NCBI GenBank assembly: GCA_976551045.1
Contig: CDPCPM010000015.1
Span: forward strand, 18,786,001-18,850,000
DNA from: Glaucostegus cemiculus
Taxonomy: Eukaryota
DNA length: 64,000 bases
Direction: 5' to 3'
Below are positions 26,048 through 38,779 of the stretch, in pieces. The notes beneath the pieces are model-generated. The model worked only from the letters and a program-made list of their open reading frames with translations, ran no database searches and was not told where the DNA came from. How positions within the stretch are numbered: the first letter of the stretch is position 1; each line of letters opens with the position of its first letter. Made by a program: the position numbers and the translations under genes.

Positions 26048-26287
26048 CAGTATCAGAATCAGTTTTATTGTCACAACCATATACTTACATAGTATGCATA
26101 GGAGATACCGTCCTCCTCAGGTGCTCGTCCCATTAAATAACAAACAGCAGAGACACACAGACACACTGAACAAAAAAAAGCATTAAAAACTACGGAAGTT
26201 TAAATTAAATTAAATACGGCAGGTTAAATTAAATACAGCAGGTAATTAAATAAATAGTTATTAAAGTGAACGAGCTGGTGGCGGGCA
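26048..26287 (-). mobile_element. Rex1/Babar 3' UTR insertion with 9-bp TSD TTTCAGAAT
   Basis: Reverse complement of the 50030-50304 3' UTR; TTTCAGAAT at 26039-26047 and 26288-26296. Confidence 0.85.
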
Positions 26288-26682
26288 TTTCAGAATGAGA
26301 ATAAGCTTAAACTCTACCCTGATCAAAGCATTTTATTTTGCCAATGATCAAACTTCACAAATCTGTTGAGTTTGTATTTATGTTATTTTGTTTGAGGCAT
26401 TTGCTCAGTTTTGATACATTTTAGAAGAGTTCTGGTGTATGTTGCTTTATGAACCTTGCTGTATTGCACACTGAAGGGTTCAGATCACCCCCAGTGGACA
26501 GGGGTAAGAGACAGTTGCCTACATCACATATATGCAAGAGCCCCTTTCCACCCCTCCCCCTGCCCTGCATGGCCAAGTGGATCAAATCCAAATGTTTAAT
26601 GCCCATGCGTGGTGATGTAAATTAATTTTATTTAGTTTAAAAAGTGCCTAAGTCTTCCAAAGCAATCTCTGCTCATGTTTCA

Positions 26683-27056
26683 TACCTGGTTGTTTCCAAA
26701 CTTCACAGTCTTGGCCTCAATGCCTCAATTTGCAACTGGACCATGGACTTTCTCACCAACAGACCACAGATGGTGAGGTTAGGTGGACATACATCCTCAA
26801 CCATCACCCTGAACACAGGAGTGCCACAGGGTTGTATGTTAAGTCCCCTCCTGTACGTGTTCTTCACCTACGACTGTTCACCCAAACATGGTACAAATAC
26901 CATAATTAAGTTCTACAGTGTAAACTCTAACTTAATTTATTCTCTATTTATTTAATATTTAAGTATTGTGCCTATTGTCTGACATGGGAGTGCCAATGAA
27001 ATCTCATTGTTCTGTTGTCTCAACAGCTCAATGACAATAAAGCAATCTTGAATCTT
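26683..27056 (+). mobile_element. Rex1/Babar RT fragment joined to a 3' UTR
   Basis: LVVSKLHSLGLNASICNWTMDFLTNRPQMVR...NTGVPQGCMLSPLLY...IIKF; ends TGACAATAAAGCAATCTTGAATCTTG. Confidence 0.8.
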
Positions 27057-27094
27057 GGTTACAGGTCACAACAGATTTACATTTCAAGTGGTTC

Positions 27095-27525
27095 ACATGA
27101 GGAATGGTTGACTAGGTTAGGACTTTATTCCCTGGAGCGCAGGAGAATGAGGGGAGATCTTCTAGAGGTGTACAAAATGATGAGGGGTACAGATAGGGTG
27201 AATGCATGCAGGCTTTTTCCCCTCAGGTTGGGTGAAACTAGAAGTAGAGGACATAGGTTTAAGGGGAAAATGAAATATATAAGGGAAATCTGAGGGGGAG
27301 CTTCTTCACCCAGAGGGCGGTGCGAGTGTGGAACAAGTTGTCAGCGAAAGTGGTGGATGTAGGTTCAATTGTGACATTTAAGAGAGGTTTGGCTAGGTAC
27401 ATGAATGGGAGGATTTGAGGGATATGATCCGGGTGCAGGTAGATGGAACTAGGCAGTAGATCAGGTCAGCATGGACTAGATGGGCCGAAGGTCCTATTTC
27501 TGTGCTGTAGTACTCAATGACTATG
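27095..27525 (+). mobile_element. CR1 3' fragment
   Basis: LGLYSLERRRMRGDLLEVYKMMRG.DRV; GGGCCGAAGGTCCT end motif. Confidence 0.9.
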
Positions 27526-28589
27526 GCGTCAAACTGAAATAACTGGGTTATTATACCCTGGATGGAGCTCTGCTGACTTGGTCTAAGCTCAGTCCACTTT
27601 CTGGCTCCAGATTTTCACAACATCTTTGGTATCAGAAGGACACATGAGCCAGTTTGCAACGTTGCTAATAGTGTAATATGAATACGCCATTTTAAATCAA
27701 TGACCTTTCTCTTTGTTTGAAAGACTGATGTGCATATATTTCTCTCTTATTCATCATAATTGAGTCCTCAAAAGGTCAGTCCAGTGGGTTTTCTCTCCGT
27801 TATTTCCATGACCTGAATACCTTCATTTGGTCTCAGTGTCCAGAAATAAATGCAACATTCTGAATGCAGACTTCTCAATTAATAAGCTGCCTACTGGATG
27901 CTCAAGAATGCAACTCTGGCAACTTTAGTTAATCCCTAATGTAGATCAGTCAGACTTCACATGCCTGACGACCCTTCTTGTGACTCACCTTGCAATTCCA
28001 AAATTCTCCTGACTTGTAGTCCGCTCATATTGCCTCCTAGTTAAATATTCAATTTTCTCTGTTAGATGTACTAATACTAATTCCCTCACATTCACCCATA
28101 TCAGTGCCAGTACTAATCATGTTTTGATACAACCCGTTTCACCCTAGGGAAATAATCTACACATCTCTGATTTTCATTTTATCTATCACTTATATATTTT
28201 ACCCAGCTCATTTTGTGAGCCACCCCTTGAGGTTTAATTGTTCCCCTCTCACATTTCAGTACCATATGTCAATATGGAACTTTTGCATCATGGTCAATTC
28301 AAGACATGAGTGTAAAAGAAAACGCCTTTCAGTGTTCCCTCTATTCCAAAATAGCACGGTCACCAAGTATTGTCTGTCCAATCTCCACCCAATTTCACAT
28401 CCGTTGTCAAGTTAAATCTTGCAATGGGACTGGTTTTCATGCAGAAATGTATGCATGGTTACATGAAAATCAAGATGCTCCTTACATTGTGAAGGTTCAC
28501 TTTGGAAGTCACTTCCTGGACAGAATCAATGCCAGGCAGGATCTTCCTGCTGAGAAACCATATACACCACTACTTACTTACTTATTATG

Positions 28590-28911
28590 ACATAGAAGGT
28601 CATTCAGCCCATCTAGTCTATGCCAGCTCCCAGCAGAGAAATCCCATCAGTCCAATTTTCCCCTTTCCCTCTGTTGCCCTGAAACTTATTCTCCCTTGTA
28701 TGCCAACCAACTTCCCCTTTTTGACTCTTTTGCCACTTACTAGGCAATTAACAGTAGCCACGATTTTGGGATGTGAGCAGAAAATGGAGGGAGCCTTTGT
28801 GATCACAGAGTGAACGTGCAGACTCCTTACATACAGCCCACCAAGGTCAAGATAAAACTCAGTTCCCTGGAGCAGTCAGACAGCAGCACTAACCGCTATA
28901 CCACTGCACCA
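28590..28911 (-). mobile_element. Old diverged V-SINE (HE1-like)
   Basis: GTGAACGTGCAGACTCCTTACA..., GCAGCACTAACCGCTATACCACTGCACCAC head; CR1-type tail at left. Confidence 0.65.
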
Positions 28912-28914
28912 CTC

Positions 28915-29017
28915 AATTACCAAGTTATCATTCAAATAACCTTCAAAAGTACAAGACATTGCTAAGTTAATTACTAAGTTATCATTCAAATAACCTTCAA
29001 AAGTACAAGACATTGCT
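28915..29017 (+). repeat. Tandem duplication, 54-bp period
   Basis: AAGTTATCATTCAAATAACCTTCAAAAGTACAAGACATTGCT occurs exactly at 28922-28963 and 28976-29017. Confidence 0.95.
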
Positions 29018-29453
29018 TATGCAAAATACTTTGGTAAGGTGAGTTTAACAGAAGACAGTGGCATAATCTTATTACACACCAATGAAAATGTGTGATGACT
29101 GATGCTGTTTCATCAGGAATAATACTGTTCTCAACTTCTAGTAGACTGGAAAACGCACATAATTTATTTTGTAAATATATACTATATTGAACGTATACAG
29201 TTAATAGTTGTTCCCCTCCAAGCCACCTGGGACCATAGTGCTTTGAAGGATTATCTTGTGTCATTGTTTTCATCTTTGGCACATGTCATTTTGGTTGATC
29301 TCTCTAAGTGCTATGGTATGTGCACTTAGCAGGCTTAAAGAGAATAAACTTCCTCTAGGACAAATCTCAGTCTCCACCTTTATTGTATGTTCTGCTATAC
29401 CATGTCCATTATTAAGCAGACATTACCACGAGTTGAACTCATTTGTATAATTA

Positions 29454-29738
<285 letters not shown>

Positions 29739-29819
29739 TTAATTACATTGCTTTTTCCTGTCACGCCTCAGTCTTTGAACTTTTGATATTTAAAAATCAG
29801 AACATTTGAAGTCAGGAGG

Positions 29820-30245
29820 GCTTCAGTTATGAGGAGACACTAGATAGACTGGGGCATTTTCTCTGGAACGTAGGAGGCTGACGGGTGATCTTATAGAGTT
29901 ATATAAAACCGGGAGGGGCATAGGTAAAGTGGATGATCTTCTTACCAGGGTGGAGGAGTCTAAAACTAGGCGGCATAGATTTAAGGTGAGGGGGAAAGAT
30001 TTAAAGGGAACCTGGGGGTCAACTTTTTGACAGAGGGTGGTGGGATTGTGGAATGAGCTGCCAGGAGAAGAGGCAGAGGTGGGTACAGATTCAATGTTTA
30101 AAAGACGTTTAGACAGGTACGTGGATGGGAAAGGTTTAGAGGTATCTAGGCTGAATGCAGGGAAATGGGACTAACTCAGTAGGCAACTTAGTTGGCATGG
30201 ACAAGTTGAGCCAAAGACCTATTTCTGTGTTGTATAACTCTATGG
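29820..30245 (+). mobile_element. CR1 3' fragment (antisense in HCN intron 3)
   Basis: CTGGAACGTAGGAGGCTGACGGGTGATCTTATAGAG...CAGAGGGTGGTG..TGGAATGAGCTGCCAG. Confidence 0.85.
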
Positions 30246-31250
30246 GTATATGACTAAGCCAGCCAATTATAAAAATATCATTGCCGTTTGACCTGACATA
30301 TTGAAATGATTTCATTGGGTGTGATTGTGTATAAAGCGGAGATTACACCTAACAGGAAATTATGTTAAAGGCAAGGGGCAGTTGAGAAAGGGCAAACAGC
30401 AAGAGAGAGCTCAGATGGATGAGAGGACCAAGTAAATATTAAAGAGGGACATCTTACATATCTAAGTAAATGAAAACAAAGACCATTTATTTTATAAATT
30501 AATGCATTGACATTTTAGAATAAACATATAATGCAATACATTCCCATCCATCAAAGGTTATACATTTTACATTTAATGACAGTGGTTACAAAAAAGCCAC
30601 AGTACACAATTTCCATCCTTTCCTGCTGAGGAGATTACCTTAAGCTGTACTTTGTGCATGATTACATTTATACTTTCAGTTGTCTTGAAGTCTTCAATGA
30701 CTTGACCAGAACCCATCCCACTTCCTGATGCAAACATCAACCCATTCTTGAGTTTGCCATGTGTACTGTCTGTTGGTTCAAGGACAACCATCTATCTTGC
30801 CTTCCTACACTCTTCACTGCCTATCATGAAACGTCACGTTGTCCACATTTACTGAACCTTCCCCTCAATGTTTGAACTCTAACATTTTGCCACCTGCCTC
30901 CTTGAGTCTCAGGTTGTCCAGCTGCTGCTGCTGATATTCCCACTACAGCACTTGGATTTTTGCCTACTTGTCTTAGGCTTCCACCTGGAGCCATCACTGG
31001 CAATGGACATTAACCCTTTCCAACATCCCAAACTTTAACATCAGGATCCTCTGGCATCAAGACCAAAACTTCTGACATTACCTGGACCTTCTGATAACTT
31101 GAGGCACTCAAGGTTTAATTTGAAGCAGTTAATTAATTTTTACTTCTATTAGTTTCTCAGAAAAATTAAAACTATTTAATCAACAACTTGCAATTACATT
31201 GTACATTAAATGCAGGAATAAATCGCAAAGAACATCACATATTTCATTAT

Positions 31251-31334
31251 CATATTTTCATTAACAGCATTCACTCCTCTAGCATTTTGTGTGTGTTGCT
31301 CCAGATTCCAGCATCTGCAGAATCTCTTGTGTCT
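31251..31334. mobile_element. Truncated Penelope-derived element with 14-bp TSD
   Basis: ACATATTTCATTAT at 31237-31250 and 31335-31348 flanks CCTCTAGCATTTTGTGTGTGTTGCTCCAGATTCCAGCATCTGCAG. Confidence 0.7.
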
Positions 31335-31964
31335 ACATATTTCATTATATCTGAGTACAGACTTCTTTTTAGCAATGACCTGGAGTACCTTGGCTTTTTT
31401 TTAAGATGCTCAGGTAATGTAATATTATGAATTACTCAAACTTTTTTTAAGTTAAGTTCTTTAAAGCTTTAACCCTAAAGAGTTTACGATGACTTAGTGG
31501 CCTGGACTCCACAGCTCTAATGAGTAGAAAAGTGGAAAAAACTCTCAGTGTTGCTGATACAATGTGAAACGGGTAACAACTTCTAGATTATGCACATGAC
31601 CGATTAAATGTAAAAATCTAAAGGCAGCTCTCAGGGTTGCCCTGCTCCTTCACAGGATATGTTTTCTTCTGCCTTCTATAAGGAATAAGATGACCTAGCA
31701 TGAAAAGGCATACAAAGTTTATCCTCCCTGTAACATATCATGAAAATACTGTACTTTCTAGTCCAAATGAGTATTTTAGGGGTATACTGAGTGACAATTA
31801 CTGATTACCAAAGTTTTTGTTTCCAAATGAACTGACTTTATATATGTGTATTATAATTCCCTTGGATAAATATTTCAAGATACAGTGGATTTTAGAAGAA
31901 TAAATGCTTTTATTTTGTAGTTTTATCATATTTCTGTTTCTGCCTATTCTGTTGGATACCAGCA

Positions 31965-32280
31965 TGTCTCTGGGACTGTACTCAATCGAGTTCAAAAGGA
32001 TGAGGGGAGATCTCATTGAAACCTACTGAATACTGAAAGGCCTGGACAGAGTGGACATGGAGAGGATGTTTCCATTAGTTAGAGAGTCTGTGATCCCAGG
32101 GCACAGCCTCAGAATAAAGGGACATCCCTTTACAACTGAAATGAGGAGGAATGTTTCAGCCAGAGGGTGGTGAATCTGTGGAATTTGTTGACACAGGGGG
32201 CTGTGGAGGCTATGTCATTGCATTTATTTAAGGCAGAGATTGATAGGTTCTTGATTGGTAAAGGGGTTAAACATTATTGG
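31965..32280 (+). mobile_element. CR1 3' ORF2 fragment
   Basis: GGATGAGGGGAGATCTCATTGAAAC...CAGAGGGTGGTGAATCTGTGGAAT. Confidence 0.85.
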
Positions 32281-33125
32281 ATAGAATTATGCATTCTTTA
32301 TCCTAGTTTCTGAGAATTCTTCAATGTGACAAGCTGCTTAATCAGTCTGATGGAATCACTGACTCTGAATACCAGAGACCCATTTGAACCAGTACCGAGC
32401 ATCAGAAAAGCATATATCACAGCACAGAGATTGATAGACCTTTATGAGTAGCTTTCTCTAAAGTCAGCAGAAAGCACCATTGACTGCAAAGTATGGGCCT
32501 TTATTTAATTTTTGATCCAAGTTGAAAATGTTTTTTTTAAATCCTGCTTGATGTAAACAGCACCAGGGTTTAATTGAATCAGACGCCAATAGTTTTAATG
32601 AAATTTCAGAAAAGCTTTGTGGGAGAAATATTCAGAGAGAGTAAAATAAGTGAAAAGAATAAAAGAAGTTTAGTTAGCCTCAGAGTTAATGCCCTTTGAA
32701 CTATGTTCTTCAATGTGCAGTTTTAATGGCAACTTAAAAATTCTAAAGTATGAACTACACAGCATTTTATGCAATAGGGCTGATTTCAGTTAAATTCATT
32801 ACTGGAAAGCCAGAAAGGTACAGTTGGAATCAACTTATGTCATGCTGCATTTTCACCAAAACGCGTGAACATCTAAAGCAGACCATGTTAGTTACACTGA
32901 TAGAGTTATTCAAGCTGCAGCCTTTAAAACAAAATCCTCTGAAAGAATTTACAAACAGGAAATGAGATTGAGCAGTATATTGATGGCATCTTTATGTGCC
33001 AGAAACATCTTTGCAGCACGTTTAATTTATGCATTATTCTGAAAAGGCAGGTGGAAAAATCAATATAATGCAACGTTTCTGTGGAGTGAGTAATTTTCAT
33101 TTTCAACAGCCACTGCAATAATGGG

Positions 33126-33345
33126 TGAAAAACATAATGATGCTGGAGGAACTCAGAAGGCCAGGCAGCATCGTGGAGAAAAGCAGCAGGTGGTCAACGT
33201 TTCAGATCAGGACCCTTCTTCAGTACTCAAGAAACGTTGACTACCTGCTGCTTTTCTCCACAGATGCTGCCTGGCCTGCTGAGTTCCTCCAGCATCATTG
33301 TGTTTTTCATTCAGATTGCAGCATCTGCAGTCCTTTTGTTTCTCT
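33126..33345. mobile_element. Penelope-derived fold-back element with ~78-bp inverted arms and hammerhead core
   Basis: Arms 33126-33203 / 33231-33309 are near-perfect inverted repeats; - strand reads CTGAAGA-AGGGTCCTGATCT-GAAAC-GTT. Confidence 0.85.
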
Positions 33346-34959
33346 ACATTAACGATGGGAATGAGGGTAAAAGTCAGCTGCTATCATTTCCAGCATTGCT
33401 AGAAAGAAACCTTTCTAGTCCTTCTGATTTCATCATTACTTTGTTGTACTTGGCTTCATTCTTGTGGTCAGGCCAGTGGTGGTAGGGGTAAGTGGGTGGT
33501 TGATGGTTGGTGCAGACACAGTGGCACAAGGACCTGTTTCAATGCTCTCTCTCTCTCTAGGACTCTTTGACAGACGCAAACCAAAATTGACCAATTATCT
33601 CCCATTTTCAATTATCTCCATGAGAACATCTTCGTTATAGCAAATAATAGAGTTCTTAAATAAGAGCAAATAGAGCAGAGGGAACTACTGATATTGAGAA
33701 TCCTGGTATTTAGAGCTCAGAAGGAGTCCTTTCTGACCACTGTGCCCAAGCCAGAAGAGACAAATTTATTTTTAATGCTATCTTACATAAAGTCTGAGCT
33801 GCCAATAGGGCATAAGATGAGATTCAATTACTTTAATTATGATGAGCTAAGTATCTTCATGTTCTCAGCATGGGTAAGGAAGGGTTCTTCTTAGATTTTG
33901 TAAAATAAGCTCTAAAGAAAATATTGAATATAATTGCAGTCTAATCGCTGTAGTTTTTCAAGTCACAGTGTACAGGCAAACTGATCTGCTTTTTAAGGTG
34001 ATATTTTCTTTTAGGTGGAGAGAACACATTCAAAATGAAAGACTGTTGAAAGACAGAAGTCTGCACGAGAAATAGAGCAAAAATATTTTCTCAACTATTA
34101 AGATTGACGGAAAAAGAGTTACTTACATATGGTAGAGATGAGATATGTTATTGCAATGAGGTAGAGTGATGAGAAAACATTGGAGCAGAATTAGGCCATT
34201 CGGCCCTTCAAGTCTGCTCTGCCATTCGATCATGGCTGATTTATTTTTCCCTCTCAACCCCAGGAACTGATTGTACTGCTGGTTACTACCTGCAGAGCAC
34301 ATGTCAGTGTGTTCAGTACTTCCACAGCTGCGCAGTATAGCTCTTCAGTACAAACTGGTGCATCCAACCTCCAGCTAGGCACCTAGACTCAGCAATGAGG
34401 CTGGGATGGTGCCATAACACACTGGGTTGCGGGGCTAGATACAATCTGGCCCCTCATCTTTACACTGGCCATGGTTGGTGTAATTTCTGTGACCACATTC
34501 ACCTGAGTGGGGTCACCTATCTTCAGATAATAGATGTGAAGGTAAATGATTGTTTTATTTTCTTTTATTTCAATAATATTAATATCTTAATTAATTTACA
34601 TGCTTAATGTGGTTTAAATAAACTTACTTCTTTTTTTTTAAATCTTTTGAATTGTTTTAATTTTTAGAAATGACTTAAATGTATTTCAACCGTTTCTCAC
34701 TGCGGAAATTATAGAAGATGTCAGACCCAAGACAGGCCATTGGTCCTTGTTTCAGTATCACATGGATTCACTCTCCTGGTTTCTTCCCGAAGAAACTACT
34801 TAATACTTCCTAAAATATTTCCTGTATTTTACTTCAAAATCAATTTTATAAATTGCATTTATTTCTTCTGCAATTATCATAGATTTGTGCTCCCCCCTGC
34901 CCAACACCACATCCCTTGGACTACAGCTAATACATCATAATATACTAACCATAACCAGC

Positions 34960-35330
34960 TGTAGTCATAGAGTGATAGAATCATACAGCATGCAAACTTG
35001 CTCTTTGACCCAAATGGTCTGTGCCAACCAATATTCTCATCTAAGTTAGTCCCATTTGCCTGTGTTTGGCCCATATCACTCTATACACTTCCTATCCATG
35101 TACCTGTCCAAGTAGCTTTTAACTGTTGTTAATGTACCTGCCTCAACATTTCCTTTTGCAGCTCATTCCAATATACTGACCAGTCTCGCACTGAAAAAGC
35201 TGCTCCTCAGGTTCCTATTAAATCTCTCCCCTCTCACCTTAAACCTATGCCCTCTAGTTCTTGATTCCCCAACCCTGGGGAAACGATGGTGTGCATTGAC
35301 CCTATCTATGCCCTTCATGATTTTATACAA
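34960..35330 (-). mobile_element. CR1 3' fragment (sense in HCN intron 3)
   Basis: YKIMKGIDRVNAHHRFPRVGESRTRGHRFKVRGERFNRNLR. Confidence 0.88.
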
Positions 35331-35555
35331 AATTCCTGAACAATCAGTTTTGGTGCAAGAAGATTTTACTTTCTCAAGTCCTTGTATGTGGCCATAATTG
35401 GAACAGAAAAGCAAAAAAAAATGTAGCTACAGTATATTTGTGAAATGTCTAAATGCATGGAAGAACTAACAAGAAACAAAAGTGTTAGTGACAACAATAA
35501 ATCCAAGATTACAAAAATGATGCCTTATATCAAAGGATGCTAAATTTGTACTTAC

Positions 35556-35717
35556 CACCATATTATTTAAAGACACCCAACAATCATTTGGAAAGTCTTG
35601 AAGCAATGGCACAAGAAACTGCAGGCATCCATCCCAGTGGCACAGGAGAAGCATCATTCCAATAAGATTAAATATTCTCATCACTGCACTGGCAAGGTCA
35701 TAAGTCATGTGGAAGAT
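35556..35717 (-). CDS. HCN2: HCN channel internal exon, equivalent to exon 3: S4-S5 linker, S5 and extracellular turret
   Basis: [54 protein letters not shown] (54 aa, 162 nt, phase 0); acceptor TTTTTTTTCTCTTGCCAAAAG, donor GTAAGTAC; splices in frame to 29678. Confidence 0.95.
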
Positions 35718-35957
35718 CTTTTGGCAAGAGAAAAAAAATGCAGTTATAATTACGGTCTTTGCTTTCATCTTCCATACCATTTCGTCATGAGAAATAATTG
35801 GAGAGTAGAATGCAAATGTGAAAGTTTGCACAACTGACTTCCATAAACTAACTAAAATTAAGAATTGGCAATTATCATCAGAGCCCTGCAATTGTTTATC
35901 TACTTATATTAATAGGTGCTCTATTCATGGAAATTATCATAAGCATGTAATGATTTC

Positions 35958-36940
35958 TTTTCTTTTTCAATCTTTTTTATTGATAACAAATCAATACAGG
36001 TTAAGATATATAACAACAAAGTTTACACATGTATTATAGAAATATCAAGTAACAATCATAGGTAATCATGAAAAAAAAACAATAAAGTATGATATATATA
36101 AAAGAAATAGTTCCTACAATCTCTCGGTTCGTAAGTGTAATGCAAAAGATAGAAAAGAAAAAGATTTGTTATATAATTAGAAAAAAAATACAAAAAAACC
36201 AAATCAATTTTAAAAATCATAATAATATAGAGTAAATTAAACTGAAAATGAATTAATAAAAAAGAAAAAAAAAAACAAAACAAGGGAAAAAAAACTGGGC
36301 TAAAATTTTCAATAGAAATAGAACAATATAATGTCGTCATCTCCGTTTCTCTGAATTTAAAAAAAAGTTATAGAAGGGGAAAATACATCATATGAAAGTA
36401 TTGAATAAATGGACTCCAAATATCTTCAAATTTAAGTGAAGAATCAACAGTACCACTCCTAATTTTTTCCAAATTAAGACATGATATAGTTTGAGAGAAC
36501 CATTGAAAGGTGGTAGGGGGTATTGGATCCTTCCATTTAAGCAGAATGGCTCATTTGGCCATCAATGTAACAAAAGCAATCATACGATTAGCAGAAGCAG
36601 GTAAATGGCCAGACTTTATCCATGGTAATCCAAAAATTGCAGTAATAGGGTGAGGTTGTAAATCGATCTTCAATACATCTGAAATAATATTAAAAATGTC
36701 TTTCCAATATTTTTCCAAATAAGGACAGGACCAGAACATATGTGACAAAGAAGCCACGTTCGATTTACATCTGTCATATATAAGGTTTATACGGTCATAA
36801 AAATGAGCTAGCTTACCTTTGGACATATAGACCCTGTGCACAACTTTAAACTGTATCAATGAGTGTCTGGCACACATTGAGGATGTATTAACTAAATGAA
36901 GAATTTTCTTCCAAGTCCAGTGAATCTGACCGTATTTTCA
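35958..36940 (-). mobile_element. 5'-truncated L1 LINE with 11-bp TSD GTAATGATTTC
   Basis: ORF2 C-terminal zinc-knuckle region CARHSLIQFKVVHR...DRCKS..ASLSHMFWSCP; T-rich 3' UTR, AATAAA and A-rich tail; TSD 35947-35957 / 36941-36951. Confidence 0.9.
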
Positions 36941-38143
36941 GTAATGATTTCAACAAAGTCATATTCCTGAACATTGCACAAAATAAAAAGCTTTGCAGCT
37001 GCTGTGCACAATCATTTGATAGTGTTACACGAATGGAGTGAAGTAACGTTAGTCAATAAACCTATAGCATGTTTCTAATTGCAACTTAAGAAAGTCCTTT
37101 CTAATCTATGGTTTAGGACTGATGCAGAACCAACATTAATCTATTACATTTATTGCAATCATAATTCTAAATTGCAGTAAAATATTATCTCCAAATATCT
37201 TAAGCGTGGACAAGAATGTAATTGGTTAAACTTCTTCAGTTCAAGTTCAAATCACTAAATTGAATGATCAATAGATCTAAATAAATAACATGAAGATCCA
37301 TACAGACATCTTGCTTAACTTTAGTAGACTAGTAGACTCTTATGCATTGCATTTTCCATGCTTATTACTTGTATTACCTGAATTTTAATTAAATGTAGCT
37401 ATCCATGTAAATTGCTTATTTGCATCAGTTTGCTCTGCAGTTTAATTAGTATCCATTTTTTCCTCTAATGACTTCCACCAAATCTTTCACTATGATATAT
37501 TTTTTATATGTCAGTATCATTAAAAAAAAGGCCATGCAAATGACTGCTTCAATTTTTAAATTACACAGTTATATCAGATTACAAATAAAATTAATCAATA
37601 TGCTTATTTTATGCTGCAGCTACATACATTGGAACAGAGAGTGCCACATGAGGGACAGTGGTTATTCAGAGTACAATATTCAAATTAGTAAAAATAACCA
37701 GTCCAGGAATTAAATGAGAGGATCTATATTTTCAGGCACCTTGAAAACATGGTCCAAACCTGCCAAGGATTTATTACTAGACCTTGGATGGAAATCAGTG
37801 ACCCTTTTATTGGCTTAAATTATTAATAGGTACATCATTTCCCATACTAACCCACATAATCTCACCTCAACACAAGCCATCAGTAGGCAGCAGGCTCCTT
37901 ACTGTCAGATGTGGGTAGGAGCAACATCAGGCAAACTGGAGGGTTAGTTAGCTGCTAGGAAGATGGGTGTGATGTGGGAATAAGGGTGAAGAAAATGGGA
38001 GGGAAGTCCAGCAGAGTAATGGCCACTTCTCATCACCTCAGATAGCATTTTAAAAGCTTCCTCTTGAGGATTCATTTGCAGGGTCGCCTTCTGAAATTGG
38101 CATACCCTTGCTGCTCAGCTTTCCATCAAAGTTGTAATCAGGT

Positions 38144-38365
38144 GAAACAGGAGACTGCAGATGGTGGAATCTGGAGCAACACAAAAGATGCAGGAGGAAC
38201 TCAATGGGTCAGGCAGCATCCATGGAGGGAAATGGGCAGTTGACATTTCAGGTCGAGACCCTTCACCTGGAATGCTATATGGACAGTCCAGATAAACCTG
38301 AAATGCTGAATGTCCATTTCCCTCCGTAGATGCTGCCTGACCCACTGAGTTCCTCCAGCATCTTG
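38144..38365. mobile_element. Penelope-derived fold-back element with 16-bp TSD
   Basis: AAAGTTGTAATCAGGT at 38128-38143 and 38366-38381; inverted arms AAGATGCAGGAGGAACTCAATGGGTCAGGCAGCATC / GATGCTGCCTGACCCACTGAGTTCCTCCAGCATCTT; two degenerate hammerhead cores. Confidence 0.88.
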
Positions 38366-38779
38366 AAAGTTGTAATCAGGTTCACTTGACCTTAATTTGC
38401 ACGCTGAAATAGTGTGGCCAGTGGAATGGCACAGCTGAAGGATTAGTACAAGCATGAAAACATGGGAAGAAAAGACAGGAGAAGCCCATACACACACTCA
38501 CAAGCCTGCTCCACCATTTAATAAGACCACAGCTAATTCTGTATCCCATTCACTTTGTTACCAAATCCTTCCTTAACAATAAGATCCCCTTAGTGAAGAA
38601 AGGTTTGATTTCTAAAAGCAGGTCTAGAATCGATGGGCCAAATGGTTCCTTCTATGCTATGAGGAAAAATGAAAGAATGATGACTATGCTCAATGGCTAG
38701 GCATCACAGGTCTCTGGGAAGGAAACTTCTAAAGATTAACAATCCAAATCTTCTGCTCAAGGAAATTTCTCTTCCTCAC

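Noticed and set aside
28915-29017. CRISPR-like repeat-spacer pattern
   Set aside because: Only two copies, vertebrate intron context, no cas genes; simple tandem duplication
35466-35891. 141-aa ORF as a standalone gene
   Set aside because: Only 35556-35717 is HCN-like and bounded by AG/GT; the rest is intron read-through
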